64,000 bases of DNA from an uncultured Spirochaetota bacterium (GCA_963827275.1 CAWHAA010000005.1:745977-809976); one strand, 5' to 3'. Numbered from the stretch's first letter, positions 1-10,005 are shown. Translations and numbers: made by a program. Notes: generated from the sequence alone by a model not told the origin.

Positions 1-468
1 TGGAACAGGCTCCCCCTGGCCGAAGGGGCCGTGCTGCAGATCGACCCGTCAGTCCCTCCCCTGACCGTGGGCACAATCAAGGACGAATTCTTCCAGGAAG
101 GATCATTCCTCGCGAACAGGATCAGGCAGACCACGGTCCCGCTTGCCGGCGCCGGCGACGAGATACGGCTCTCCTACCTCGATTCCATCAAATATCATGG
201 ATACCGACTCCACCTCGACATGGTGAAGAAAAAAACCCCCGGCAATCATGAAAACCGGCACGCGCAGATGGCCGACAGCAAGGAGACCTGCAACAGGTCG
301 GAAACATTCCGGTCGGGTAAGCGAACGCGGGAGCCGGCGCAGGAGCTTTACCTCCTTGCCATTGCAGACCCGGGCCTCCCGGTAATCCTTGCCTCATTTT
401 CGCTCATTCTTGTCATAATGACCTGGTATTTCATAGAATCAATGCGGCGTCGCGACCGGGAAGCATGA
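1..468 (+). CDS. 5'-truncated membrane protein, possibly ResB/Ccs1-like cytochrome c biogenesis C-terminus
   Basis: Frame open from base 1; C-terminal DPGLP motif followed by a hydrophobic helix, as in ResB-like proteins. Confidence 0.35.
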   Translation, partial: WNRLPLAEGAVLQIDPSVPPLTVGTIKDEFFQEGSFLANRIRQTTVPLAGAGDEIRLSYLDSIKYHGYRLHLDMVKKKTPGNHENRHAQMADSKETCNRSETFRSGKRTREPAQELYLLAIADPGLPVILASFSLILVIMTWYFIESMRRRDREA

Positions 469-564
469 GCAGGGATACGGTTTTATCATGGCGCATTTTA
501 TGAGTTGAAAAAAATACTCGTTGTTTGTATATTTGTTACATCTCTAAATTAAGGAGGTGCGGCA

Positions 565-774
565 ATGAAAATCAGCGCCCGTAACGTGATCAAGGGAACG
601 ATAACAAAGATCGTCCAGGGCTCGGTGAACAACGAGGTATACATCGGGCTCCCGGGCGGGAACGAGATCGTTTCCATAATAACAAAGACTTCGGCGAAAA
701 CGCTCGGCCTCAAGAAAGGCAAGCAGGTGTACGCGGTCGTCAAGGCCTCGAACGTGATGATCGCGGTTGACTGA
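565..774 (+). CDS. mop: Molybdenum-pterin binding protein (Mop/TOBE, molbindin)
   Basis: MKISARN...SIIT...VKASNVM is the typical 69-aa Mop sequence; strong AAGGAGGT RBS. Confidence 0.93.
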   Translation: MKISARNVIKGTITKIVQGSVNNEVYIGLPGGNEIVSIITKTSAKTLGLKKGKQVYAVVKASNVMIAVD

Positions 775-776
775 CC

Positions 777-1682
777 ATGCCTGAAGAATTCATGAGCACC
801 AAAGAAGTGGCGGAGTACCTGGGGATAAACGAGAAGCAGGTCTATGCCCTCATCAAGGCCGGGAAAATGCCCTGCACCAGGGTCACCGGGAAATGGGTGT
901 TCCCGAAAAACATCATCGACGAATGGATCAACAAGAACGCCAGGGGCAGCCTCAAGCCGGTCGCGACAAGCGATCGTGACCCGGGCCGCATCCTGGCGGC
1001 GGGGAGCAACGACCCGGTCCTTGACCTCCTGATAAGCCAGAATTATGACAATGTCAATATCTTCTCCTGCAATACGGGGAGCACCGAGGGCCTCCGCCTC
1101 CTGTCCGAATCCAGGGCCGATATCGCCTGGTGCCATCTTTTTGACCCCGAAACAGGGACATACAACATACCCTACATCGAGTCGCACTTCGCGGACCGGA
1201 AGGTCGCGATGGTCCACCTGTTTTACCGGGAGATCGGGCTCCTTGTCGCGCCCGACCATGTAAAAAGAATAAAGAAGCTCCAGGATATTTCGTCCGGTAT
1301 ACGGTTCATCAACCGCCAGAAGGGATCGGGCATCCGGCTGTTCCTGGATTACCACCTGAAAAAAGCCGGCATCGATCCCGCGTCGATCACCGGGTATGAT
1401 AGCGAGGTGTACACCCACTTCGAGATAGGGCTGTCAATCCTTGCCGGCAAGGCGGACGCGGGGATTTCCTCCGTGGCGATCTCAAAGCTCATGGGGATCC
1501 CCTTTGTGCCCCTGGCCAGGGAGAGCTTCGACATGGTGCTCGGCAAGGACACCTTCTTCGAGAAGGGGATCCAGGCCTTCATCGAGACACTCCAGTCGAA
1601 AAAATTCAGGAAGACCGTGGAGCCGCTCGGCGATTACAGCTTTTCAGATTCGGGGAAAATACTCTATTCAACGGCGGGGTGA
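777..1682 (+). CDS. Excisionase-type HTH (HTH_17) + PBP-like molybdate/tungstate-sensing regulator (YvgK/TaoR-like)
   Basis: N-terminal STKEVAEYLG..VY..IK.GK.P HTH; AGSNDP, GSTEGL, FINRQKGSG PBP motifs; coupled to mop. Confidence 0.85.
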   Translation: MPEEFMSTKEVAEYLGINEKQVYALIKAGKMPCTRVTGKWVFPKNIIDEWINKNARGSLKPVATSDRDPGRILAAGSNDPVLDLLISQNYDNVNIFSCNTGSTEGLRLLSESRADIAWCHLFDPETGTYNIPYIESHFADRKVAMVHLFYREIGLLVAPDHVKRIKKLQDISSGIRFINRQKGSGIRLFLDYHLKKAGIDPASITGYDSEVYTHFEIGLSILAGKADAGISSVAISKLMGIPFVPLARESFDMVLGKDTFFEKGIQAFIETLQSKKFRKTVEPLGDYSFSDSGKILYSTAG

Positions 1683-2776
1683 CCGGCCCCCTGCCTGGCG
1701 GAAAAGCCTGAAATGTAGCTTACAATCTCACCGATATTCATGACCATGTCCGCCGCGCCGATTTTTATCGCTTCCCGCGGCATGCCGAAGACGACCGATG
1801 ACGCCTCGTCCTGGGCCACCGTTTTCGATCCGGCCTCCTTCATCTCGAAAAGGCCGGCCGCGCCGTCCGAGCCCATCCCCGTCAACAGGACGCCGACCGC
1901 ATTGCGCCCCGCGACCTGCGCCACGGAACGGAAGAGCACGTCCACGGACGGCCGGTGGCGATTGACCGGCAGGCCGTCATTGATCTCCACGTAGTAGCCC
2001 CTCGCATCAGACCTGAGGAGCATGTGCCTGTTCCCGGGGGCGATGAGCGCCATGCCGGCGTAGAGCCGGTCGCCGTTCTCCGCCTCCTTCACCGCCGGCC
2101 GGGCGAACCCGTTGATCCGGTCCGCGAAGGCCCTGGTGAATTTTTCCGGCATGTGCTGCACGATAACGATGCCGGGGACATCCTCGGGCAGCCCCTTGAA
2201 AATTTCCGCGATCGCCTCGGTCCCCCCCGTGGACGCCCCCATGGCGATGACCGTGCCGCCCTGCCGCGCCGGGGGCGCCGGCTTCCTTTTGGGGAGTATG
2301 ACTTCGGCGGAATATTTCTTCAGCGTATCGGCGGGGGCCCCGGTGATACGGCCGGCGGCGGGCAGGCCCCGCGGCCTCGCCTGGCTTGCCGCTATCACCT
2401 TTTCGACCAGCTCGGCGGAAAAATCGACCTTCGCGTCATCGCTGCTGATGGCCGGCTTCAGGATAAAATCAACGGCGCCCAGCTCCAGGGCCTTCATGGT
2501 GATGCGCGCGCCCGTCTCGGTGAAGGAACTCACCATGATGACGGGCAGCGGGCGGGCGATCATGAGTTTCGAGAGGAACGTCAGGCCGTCCATGCGCGGC
2601 ATCTCGAAATCCAGCGTTATGACGTCAGGGCTGTACTTCTTGATCTTTGTCACGGCGATAATGGGATCGAGCGCGGTCGCGATGACCTCGATCCGCCCCG
2701 AGCGAGAGAGCGCTTCCGTAAGGAATTTCCGGGCGACCGCCGAATCGTCAATGACCAGGACCTTTATTTTTTTCAT
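1664..2776 (-). CDS. cheB: Chemotaxis response regulator methylesterase CheB
   Basis: REC domain + GASTGG, VQHMP, HRPSVDVLF, LTGMGSDGA motifs. Confidence 0.97.
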   Translation of the reverse strand: MKKIKVLVIDDSAVARKFLTEALSRSGRIEVIATALDPIIAVTKIKKYSPDVITLDFEMPRMDGLTFLSKLMIARPLPVIMVSSFTETGARITMKALELGAVDFILKPAISSDDAKVDFSAELVEKVIAASQARPRGLPAAGRITGAPADTLKKYSAEVILPKRKPAPPARQGGTVIAMGASTGGTEAIAEIFKGLPEDVPGIVIVQHMPEKFTRAFADRINGFARPAVKEAENGDRLYAGMALIAPGNRHMLLRSDARGYYVEINDGLPVNRHRPSVDVLFRSVAQVAGRNAVGVLLTGMGSDGAAGLFEMKEAGSKTVAQDEASSVVFGMPREAIKIGAADMVMNIGEIVSYISGFSARQGAGHPAVE

Positions 2777-2807
2777 GCCCCGATCCTGGCCCCCGGCGCT
2801 TTCACGG

Positions 2808-3326
2808 TCACCGGCCTCTTTCCCGGCTCTCGCCGCGGCGGATATACTTCATGAACACCTTCCCGGTTTTTACGTCCATCAGGATCTTGCGGGCGGTGTC
2901 TCCTCCCACCTTCATTTCAACAATCGGGATGTCTTCCATCTCGATCAGGGCCCGCGCGAGGCGCACGTTGTCCATCGGGATAGTGCTGGAATCGAGGGCG
3001 GTGTATATGACGTGACCGCCCCCGAAGATCTTGGCCACCAGGTCCCTGCGGACAGCGCCCCGCCGCTCCATCATCCCCAGCAGATCGGTTATCGCGCTGA
3101 CGCCATACCGGGCCGACCCCGCGCTGAAAAGATCGTTCTTCACCATCCTTCCCGGGAGCATGAAATGGTTCATTCCCGAAATGCGGCGTACCGGGTCGTG
3201 CAGGCACACCGCCACGCATGACCCGAGCAGGGTGCCTATCATCTCGTCCTGGTCGGAAACGTGGTACTCGCCCGGCTGGATGATCGTGATATGCTTGTCA
3301 AATTGCCTTCTGTGCGGTATGTGCAT
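2808..3326 (-). CDS. cheD: Chemoreceptor glutamine deamidase CheD
   Basis: TLLGSCVAVCLHD...GMNHFMLP, AKIFGG. Confidence 0.93.
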   Translation of the reverse strand: MHIPHRRQFDKHITIIQPGEYHVSDQDEMIGTLLGSCVAVCLHDPVRRISGMNHFMLPGRMVKNDLFSAGSARYGVSAITDLLGMMERRGAVRRDLVAKIFGGGHVIYTALDSSTIPMDNVRLARALIEMEDIPIVEMKVGGDTARKILMDVKTGKVFMKYIRRGESRERGR

Positions 3327-3327
3327 G

Positions 3328-4176
3328 CTATACGACCTTCCTGTAAATCGTGTTGCCGATAAAGCTGAACCTGTTGGTCAGTCCGGTAAGCGTCTCGGAA
3401 TGGCCCATGATCAGGTACCCGTCATCGTTCAGGAACCTTTCAAACTTTTCGAACAGCTTCTTCCTCGACGCCGTATCAAAATAGATTATGACATTTCTGC
3501 AGAATATAATATCAAACGTTCTTTTCATCGGGTAGCAATCATCGAGAAGGTTCAGCCTGCCGAACGTTATCAGGCCGCGCACCGCTTCCGTCACCTTGAA
3601 CAATCCCGCATTATCGCCGCGTCCCCTCTTGAAATACCTCCTCACGATATCGATATCCACGTTCTCCAGTTCCGCCGCGCCGAAGACGCCCGCTTCCGCC
3701 TTGCGCAGCACCTGGGTGTCGATATCGGTCGCGAGGATCCTGACATCGGGAAACATCCTGTCCCGGAAATATTCGCGGATGCTGATCGCGATGGTATAGG
3801 GCTCCGCGCCGTTCGAGCAGCCGGCGCTCCAGATCCTGAGGGCCTTCCTGCCGGCGCGCTCGAATTCGGGCAGCGCGGTCTCCTTCATGAAGTCAAAATG
3901 CCTCGGCTCCCTGAAAAAATCGGTCTTGTTGGTGGTGATGCAGTTGATGAGATTCACTATCTCCGCATCGTAGTTGTCGGCCAGATAGCCGCAGTATGAT
4001 TCATAATCGGGGATCTTGAGCTCCCGGAGCCGCTTCATGACCCGGGACTGCACAAGGGCCTTTTTCATATCGGTAAGATTGATCCCGCTCTCTTTATAGA
4101 CGACCTCGCGGATGAGATTGAACTCACCGTCATTGAGCGCCCTGATTCCGGATATGGCGATCACCGCACACCTCAA
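3328..4176 (-). CDS. cheR: Chemotaxis methyltransferase CheR
   Basis: TTNKTDFFRE, WSAGCSNGAEPY, IFCRNVIIYFD, GHSE. Confidence 0.97.
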   Translation of the reverse strand: MRCAVIAISGIRALNDGEFNLIREVVYKESGINLTDMKKALVQSRVMKRLRELKIPDYESYCGYLADNYDAEIVNLINCITTNKTDFFREPRHFDFMKETALPEFERAGRKALRIWSAGCSNGAEPYTIAISIREYFRDRMFPDVRILATDIDTQVLRKAEAGVFGAAELENVDIDIVRRYFKRGRGDNAGLFKVTEAVRGLITFGRLNLLDDCYPMKRTFDIIFCRNVIIYFDTASRKKLFEKFERFLNDDGYLIMGHSETLTGLTNRFSFIGNTIYRKVV

Positions 4177-4760
4177 TCAAACAGTATTACCCTGCCGTAC
4201 TTCTCTTTGCTCGTGAACATGTAGGCGATATACTCGTTCTCAAGCTTCATGAACTCAGAATGATCATGGTTGTTATTCAGGAACTTTCTGTACGAGACCC
4301 CGGTCTGGGGGCAAAAGAAAATTTTTCTCCGCTGGTTGCCGCCCAGGTCCTCCCGGTGAACCTCGATTTTTTCGTAGCCGAAATATTCATGCAGGAACCG
4401 TATATTGCCGCCCGAGGTCGCGCCCATTGACCCGTTGTTGCCGAACACTCCCGCCCCATACAGGATCGCGCGCAGCGACTTCCTCGTGCTGCCCTGCTTC
4501 ACCATCTCCCCCATGAGCTGCTCCATGCAGGCGATGCCCTGCTTGGCCACCTCGTCGGCGACGATCCCCTCCGTGCCCATCGCCCCGGGAAGGATGAAGT
4601 GCCCCATCCCGCCGATGTTCCTGATCCTGTCATGCAGGCACACCACCACGCAGGAGCCGGTAACGGTCGCAAGGAGGCTCGGGCCCGACGTTGCGAAATA
4701 ATCTCCCGGGTAAAGGAGGTACAGGGTTTTCCCGAACCTGTTTGATTCGCTCCGTATCAT
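4173..4760 (-). CDS. cheD: Second, divergent CheD-family protein
   Basis: TVTGSCVVVCLHD...GGMGHFILP; DLGG..RRK. Confidence 0.85.
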   Translation of the reverse strand: MIRSESNRFGKTLYLLYPGDYFATSGPSLLATVTGSCVVVCLHDRIRNIGGMGHFILPGAMGTEGIVADEVAKQGIACMEQLMGEMVKQGSTRKSLRAILYGAGVFGNNGSMGATSGGNIRFLHEYFGYEKIEVHREDLGGNQRRKIFFCPQTGVSYRKFLNNNHDHSEFMKLENEYIAYMFTSKEKYGRVILFD

Positions 4761-4763
4761 GCG

Positions 4764-5276
4764 CTATTCCGTTTCGTCCTGTTCCATCGTCTTCATCTCA
4801 TCGGCGGAAAATATCTCATCGATGTCGAGGAGAATGACGAGCTTTTCGTTGATCTGCCCGATCCCGGCGATAAATTGCGTGTCTATCTTCGCGGTAAAAT
4901 GGGGCGTGTCGTGGATGCCGGCCTCCGGTATCCCCACAACGTCGGACACGGAATCAACGATCATTCCCACCAGCATCTTTTTTATCTCAACGATTATGAT
5001 GACCGTAAACATGTCATACTGCCGCTCCTCCATGTGAAAGCGCTTCCGCATATCGACAACGGGCACGACCGATCCGCGCAGGTTGATGACGCCCTTCATG
5101 AAATCGGGGCTGTTTGGCACAAATACGATCCCGGTCATGCCGATAATTTCCTGGACCTTCAGCACTTCGACCCCGTAATTCTCTTCGGCAATTACAAAGG
5201 TCACGAACTGCCTGTCGGCCTGGAGGAGGCCTTCTTTCTTTCTCTCGGTTGTATCATTCAGCGCCATGGTATTCAT
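4764..5276 (-). CDS. cheW: Chemotaxis coupling protein CheW
   Basis: FVTF...KVQEII...KGVINLRGSVVPVVD...GMIVDSVSDV. Confidence 0.96.
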   Translation of the reverse strand: MNTMALNDTTERKKEGLLQADRQFVTFVIAEENYGVEVLKVQEIIGMTGIVFVPNSPDFMKGVINLRGSVVPVVDMRKRFHMEERQYDMFTVIIIVEIKKMLVGMIVDSVSDVVGIPEAGIHDTPHFTAKIDTQFIAGIGQINEKLVILLDIDEIFSADEMKTMEQDETE

Positions 5277-5354
5277 TATCTTCTTCCTCCTTGGTTCATT
5301 AATCAGTTAACATATGACATCAGCTCTAACCGGCCTTTACCGCGGGCGGTCACC

Positions 5355-5726
5355 CTAGCGGATCAACCGCTGGACGACCTTTACCATGTCCTGGTTGCTG
5401 AACGGTTTGACGATCCACCCCGAAGCGCCCGCATCCTTCCCGGCCCGTATCTTCTGTTCCTCGCTCTCCGTCGTCAGCACAAGGACCGGCGTGAACTTGT
5501 CGGTCTTGCGAAATTCGCCGATGAAGGTTATCCCGTCCATCACCGGCATGTTCACATCGACAATGCAGAGCGCCACGTCGTCCCCCTTGCCCTTGATGCC
5601 CTTTATCTTTTCAAGGGCATCCGATCCGTTCTCCGCATTGTCCATGGGATAGCCCAGGCCCATCAGGGCGTATTCAACGCTCGTCCGTATGGTTGGGGAA
5701 TCGTCTATTATCATTATATGCTTCAT
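5355..5726 (-). CDS. cheY: Single-domain response regulator CheY
   Basis: DDS, DVNMP, LTTE, GWIVKPF within the che operon. Confidence 0.93.
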   Translation of the reverse strand: MKHIMIIDDSPTIRTSVEYALMGLGYPMDNAENGSDALEKIKGIKGKGDDVALCIVDVNMPVMDGITFIGEFRKTDKFTPVLVLTTESEEQKIRAGKDAGASGWIVKPFSNQDMVKVVQRLIR

Positions 5727-5813
5727 ACACCCTACCTCATCTGAATACTATGCTGCCACTGACAGCGTTTAACAAAACCCGCACCCGCTTCGCGGGGGTA
5801 CGCGCCGCCGCAT

Positions 5814-6074
5814 CTACCCGCCCTGTTGAATTCCCGCGTACGCCAGGAGCCGCGCCGTCGCCTCGTTCATGTTTCTGATCATGCAGTTCCCGCCTTTACG
5901 GGCGCACTCGCGCCGCAACGCGAGCAGCACCTGCACGACCGAACAATCGACCCGGTTTGCTTTTGAAAAATCAACGATGCAATCGGCTCCCGCCTCGACC
6001 GTCAACAGGGCGGTTTCATGCAGCCTCCTTGACATCTTGACCCCGACATCACCGACAAGCTTGATTGTTTTCAT
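5814..6074 (-). CDS. STAS-domain protein of the chemotaxis cluster
   Basis: 86 aa; DFSKANRVDCSVVQVL STAS motif. Confidence 0.8.
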   Translation of the reverse strand: MKTIKLVGDVGVKMSRRLHETALLTVEAGADCIVDFSKANRVDCSVVQVLLALRRECARKGGNCMIRNMNEATARLLAYAGIQQGG

Positions 6075-6098
6075 GCTCCGCCCTCGCCTTCGCCTCTA

Positions 6099-7838
6099 TT
6101 AAAATATTATAACACTGTCTTTCGACTTTTCCGAGCCCAGGTCCCTGCACAGCTCCGTCAGCAATGATTCCGCCCCGGGGCTGGCCGGCGATTCCCGGAG
6201 CCGCTGCAGCTCGGCCGTCGCATCAAACGCGGAATCGCCGTATTCGATTTCGTTATATGCATGGACAGCCGCGATGATGTCGCGGAGCGACTCCCCCGCC
6301 TCATGCAGCCCGATGGTATTGCAGTTCTCATTGTTGAACAAAAGCACCTTCTGGCAGCTGCGCCCTATCTCGTTTGAAATGTCCCAGTAATATTTCTGCG
6401 ACTCGTACAGCTTGACCGAAACCTTTTTCATTGAGCTGATGCAGCCGGCCAGCACCTCCTCCTGAAGCTTGAAGTTCCCCGCGTACTGCGCGACCGCCCC
6501 CTCCATGTTTTTCCTGATGCCCTGGTACATGGAGATCGATTCCTCAAGCACGCGCTTCATTGTGTCGGGGAGGGTCATGACGGAAGTCAGGGCCCCGCCC
6601 AGCTTCCGCGACAGCACCGTATGGCGCGCCAGCTCGATCCTGGTTATCATGTTCAGCGCCTCGAAGCGGCGGATGATGTCCGAAATGGCGTTAAAGAGCA
6701 TTTCAAATTCATTCAGGACGTCTATGATAGACCCGGAGAGGCCCAGGAGCTTTCTCTTGCTTGTGATGATCTCTTCCATGTATCCTATATACTCGTCCTT
6801 CATCTCCTCAATCCGCTGATACACCGCGTCCATCCTGTCCTGTTGATCTTCATCAGCCATTTCACCGCCCGGATTAATGCGTGCCTGGATCTCGTTGAGG
6901 AGGCCGGACAGGCGGTCGCAGCATCCGCGGATCTCCTGATCCTGCGCCGCAACATCGCCAAGGAGGTCCGCGAGCTGTTCCGTGATGACATACATGATCG
7001 CGGGACCATAGTCATCCGATGCATTCCGGCGCCCGTCATCCGCTTCAGCATCGCGCTCCTCAAGGTAAAACAGTATCCTTTCCATCTTCTGGCGGATAAC
7101 GTCCTCCATCTGGATGTTGTTGACGAAGCTCTTCATCGACGTTTCAAGCTCACTTGAGCTTGCGAGTATCCCGTTCACCTGTTCCGAAACCCTATGCAGC
7201 TCGCCTATCATATCATTGAATTTTACCGAAATATTCAGCTTCATTTTTGTCAGATAGTTTTCGCCTATCACATCGATCCTGTCGCGGACGGCGTTGAACT
7301 CCTCCCGTGAAGCGTCCAGCTTCCCGAGATATTCGCTGAACCTGGCGCCGATCCCGTTCACCACCCGGGCCATCGCGCCCATCTCGCTGGAAATGCGCGC
7401 GAGGGCCTTCCCCTCGTCTCCGTACTTCGTCGATATGATCAGCATGTTCTCGGAATAGATATCGATCTCGTCGATGAGGCCGAGGATCATGTCCACGCTC
7501 TTCTTGAGGCCGAGCACCTCCTCGATCGCGGACGAGACGTCGCTGTTGACAACATCGTCGCCCGCCATTATCGACACGGCCCGGTTGATGGCGGAGTCAA
7601 GGTCCTTCCTGCTCGGCTCCACGACATCGCCGATGAAACTCTCGCCGGAGGCGTTGTTGTCCGCGGGATAGAAATACCTCGCGTAGGGCGTTATCATCAT
7701 CCTGAAATCGCCCATGTGACGCGTCGTTGTTACGATAAAGCTTCCCATGTCCTCGTAAATTTTCGACACCTTCCCCTTCAGATCGCCGAGGGTCTGTCTG
7801 ACATCGGAAAGCCTTATTTCTGCCGTCACTCCCGCCAT
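6099..7838 (-). CDS. Cytoplasmic coiled-coil MCP-like protein with two degenerate signalling tips
   Basis: No TM segment; heptad pattern; two segments align loosely to the MCP hairpin tip; between cheA and STAS. Confidence 0.6.
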   Translation of the reverse strand: MAGVTAEIRLSDVRQTLGDLKGKVSKIYEDMGSFIVTTTRHMGDFRMMITPYARYFYPADNNASGESFIGDVVEPSRKDLDSAINRAVSIMAGDDVVNSDVSSAIEEVLGLKKSVDMILGLIDEIDIYSENMLIISTKYGDEGKALARISSEMGAMARVVNGIGARFSEYLGKLDASREEFNAVRDRIDVIGENYLTKMKLNISVKFNDMIGELHRVSEQVNGILASSSELETSMKSFVNNIQMEDVIRQKMERILFYLEERDAEADDGRRNASDDYGPAIMYVITEQLADLLGDVAAQDQEIRGCCDRLSGLLNEIQARINPGGEMADEDQQDRMDAVYQRIEEMKDEYIGYMEEIITSKRKLLGLSGSIIDVLNEFEMLFNAISDIIRRFEALNMITRIELARHTVLSRKLGGALTSVMTLPDTMKRVLEESISMYQGIRKNMEGAVAQYAGNFKLQEEVLAGCISSMKKVSVKLYESQKYYWDISNEIGRSCQKVLLFNNENCNTIGLHEAGESLRDIIAAVHAYNEIEYGDSAFDATAELQRLRESPASPGAESLLTELCRDLGSEKSKDSVIIF

Positions 7839-7864
7839 GGATGCTTACCCTTTCTTCACCATCA

Positions 7865-9958
7865 TCACTTTGTCAGCTCGCCGAAGAGCCCGTGGACATC
7901 AAGGATCAGCGCCACCTTCCCGTCCCCGAGAATCGCCGCGCCTGATACCGCGCGGGTCTTGGTGACCTGCCCGCTCAGGCTTTTGATCACGATCTGCTGC
8001 TGGCCCACGAGTTCATCGACCATGATCCCCATCGTCTCCTTTCCCGACTCGACGATGACCACGATCGTCTCCCACGGATTTTCGCAATCGGCCGTTATCC
8101 CGAAATAATTATAGAGCCGCACCAGCGGCACGTAGCTCTCCCTCACGCGGATAAGCTCTCCGCTGGCTTCCACAATCTCAATGTCTTCCTTTTTCGGCTG
8201 TATGCATTCCACTATCGAAAGGAGCGGTATGATATAGATGTTCCCTCCGGAACGGACCAGCATTCCCTCGATGATCGCAAGGGTCAGCGGCAGCTTGATA
8301 CGGAACGTGGTGCCGATGTTTTCAGCCGTATCGATCTCAACGGTGCCCCGGAGCGACTCGATATTCGTCTTCACCACGTCCATCCCGACACCGCGCCCCG
8401 AGAGATCGCCCGCTTCCTCCGTAGTGGTGAAGCCGGGCATGAAAATAAACGAGGCCAGCCGTTCATCCGGGACTTCGTCGCCGGCCTTCACCAGGCCCAG
8501 GGACACCGCCTTCGCCCGGATCTTCTGCAGGTCGAGGCCCGTCCCGTCATCCGTCACCTCTATGAAGATGCTCCCTTCCTGGTGGTACGCGTTCAGGCGT
8601 ACGCGGCCTTCCCGCGCCTTTCCCTTCCGCTCGCGCTCCTCGGGGCCTTCGATACCGTGGTCGACGGCGTTGCGGATCATGTGCTTCAGCGGATCACCGA
8701 TCTTCTCGATGACCGTCTTGTCGAGCTCGGTCTCCTCTCCGAAGATTTCGAGCTTGATCTCCTTGCCGATATCGTGCGCGGTGTCGCGCACGAACCGCCG
8801 GAACTGCTCGAAGGTCGACCCTATCGGGATCATCCTGATCGACATTATCTGTTCCTGGAATTCCCTCGTCGTCCGGTCGAGCCCGTACAGCGCGTTCTTC
8901 AGCATGAACCCCTGTTCCTCGGGCAGCTCGTCCGCGACCCGCGCGATGGCCGACTGCCCGATCACGATCTCACCGAGCAGGTTCATGAGGCTGTCAAGCT
9001 TCTTCGTGTCCACCCGCACCGTCCCGGTCTCGATCCTGGTCCGTATCCGCTCCTGCTCCCCGAGGGCGAACTGGATGTCCTTGTGCGTGGCATACCCCTT
9101 CCCGACGATGATATCGCCGATTTTCCTGTTATTAAGCTCCTGGTCGCCCAGAACGTCGTCGAGCTCCTTCCTCGTGAGTATCCCCCTGCGCACCAGCAAC
9201 TCGCCGATCCTCTTCTCCTCGAGGTACTTTTCGCCGCACGGGTCTTCAACAAACCGCGCGGTCACGTCCTCCAGGATGATTTCATTGTCATCCCTGACGA
9301 ACAGGAACACCTCTTCCGCCTGTTCCAGCCGGCAGGGGGCCTTTATCGTTATGTCCCAGCCGAGGTAGCACTTTTCGGGATCGAGCGCGGCGAGCGCCGG
9401 CAGGGCCGTATCATCGACAGCCATCTCCACCACGTTTCCCAGCGAAACGAAATCCTCGATGATGGAGAGGGGATCGATGCCGCTTTCAAAGATGGTATCG
9501 CGGAACTTCGCCCGCGCCCTGAAATACCGGTACCCGAAATCCTCCGCCTGCTCGGGGCGGGCGTCCTCCCGGATCTCCCCGGCCTTTTCAGCCGAGTAGG
9601 CCCCCATACGCTCGATCAAATTGCGCTTTATCCCGTCCGCCTCCTCGTCCCCGCCGCCGAACAACGCGAGCTTCACCCAGTCAAAGCACTCGAGGAGAAT
9701 GTCTATCAGCCGGTCGTCGATTTCCAGCACCCCCGACCGCAGCCGGTCAAGGATGGTTTCGAGGCCGTGCATCAGCTCGCTCACCTGTTCATACCCGGCC
9801 ATCGACGAGCTCCCCTTCAGCGTATGGGCATATCTGAAGATGCGGTTCAGGATTTCCGGGTCGCTGCCGGCCTCGAAAACCACGAGGTCGGACTCGACAT
9901 GCGACAGGATCTCGCGCGCTTCGTTCAGAAATACTTCTTTTATTACGATATCGCTCAT
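7865..9958 (-). CDS. cheA: Chemotaxis histidine kinase CheA
   Basis: Hpt FRYAHTLKG; HMIRNAVDHGIE; SGRGVGMDVV; C-terminal CheW-like domain. Confidence 0.97.
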   Translation of the reverse strand: MSDIVIKEVFLNEAREILSHVESDLVVFEAGSDPEILNRIFRYAHTLKGSSSMAGYEQVSELMHGLETILDRLRSGVLEIDDRLIDILLECFDWVKLALFGGGDEEADGIKRNLIERMGAYSAEKAGEIREDARPEQAEDFGYRYFRARAKFRDTIFESGIDPLSIIEDFVSLGNVVEMAVDDTALPALAALDPEKCYLGWDITIKAPCRLEQAEEVFLFVRDDNEIILEDVTARFVEDPCGEKYLEEKRIGELLVRRGILTRKELDDVLGDQELNNRKIGDIIVGKGYATHKDIQFALGEQERIRTRIETGTVRVDTKKLDSLMNLLGEIVIGQSAIARVADELPEEQGFMLKNALYGLDRTTREFQEQIMSIRMIPIGSTFEQFRRFVRDTAHDIGKEIKLEIFGEETELDKTVIEKIGDPLKHMIRNAVDHGIEGPEERERKGKAREGRVRLNAYHQEGSIFIEVTDDGTGLDLQKIRAKAVSLGLVKAGDEVPDERLASFIFMPGFTTTEEAGDLSGRGVGMDVVKTNIESLRGTVEIDTAENIGTTFRIKLPLTLAIIEGMLVRSGGNIYIIPLLSIVECIQPKKEDIEIVEASGELIRVRESYVPLVRLYNYFGITADCENPWETIVVIVESGKETMGIMVDELVGQQQIVIKSLSGQVTKTRAVSGAAILGDGKVALILDVHGLFGELTK

Positions 9959-10005
9959 GACTGTCTCCCTCGCAGTGTCATTGTCAGCATGACGGGCCGC
10001 ATTGC

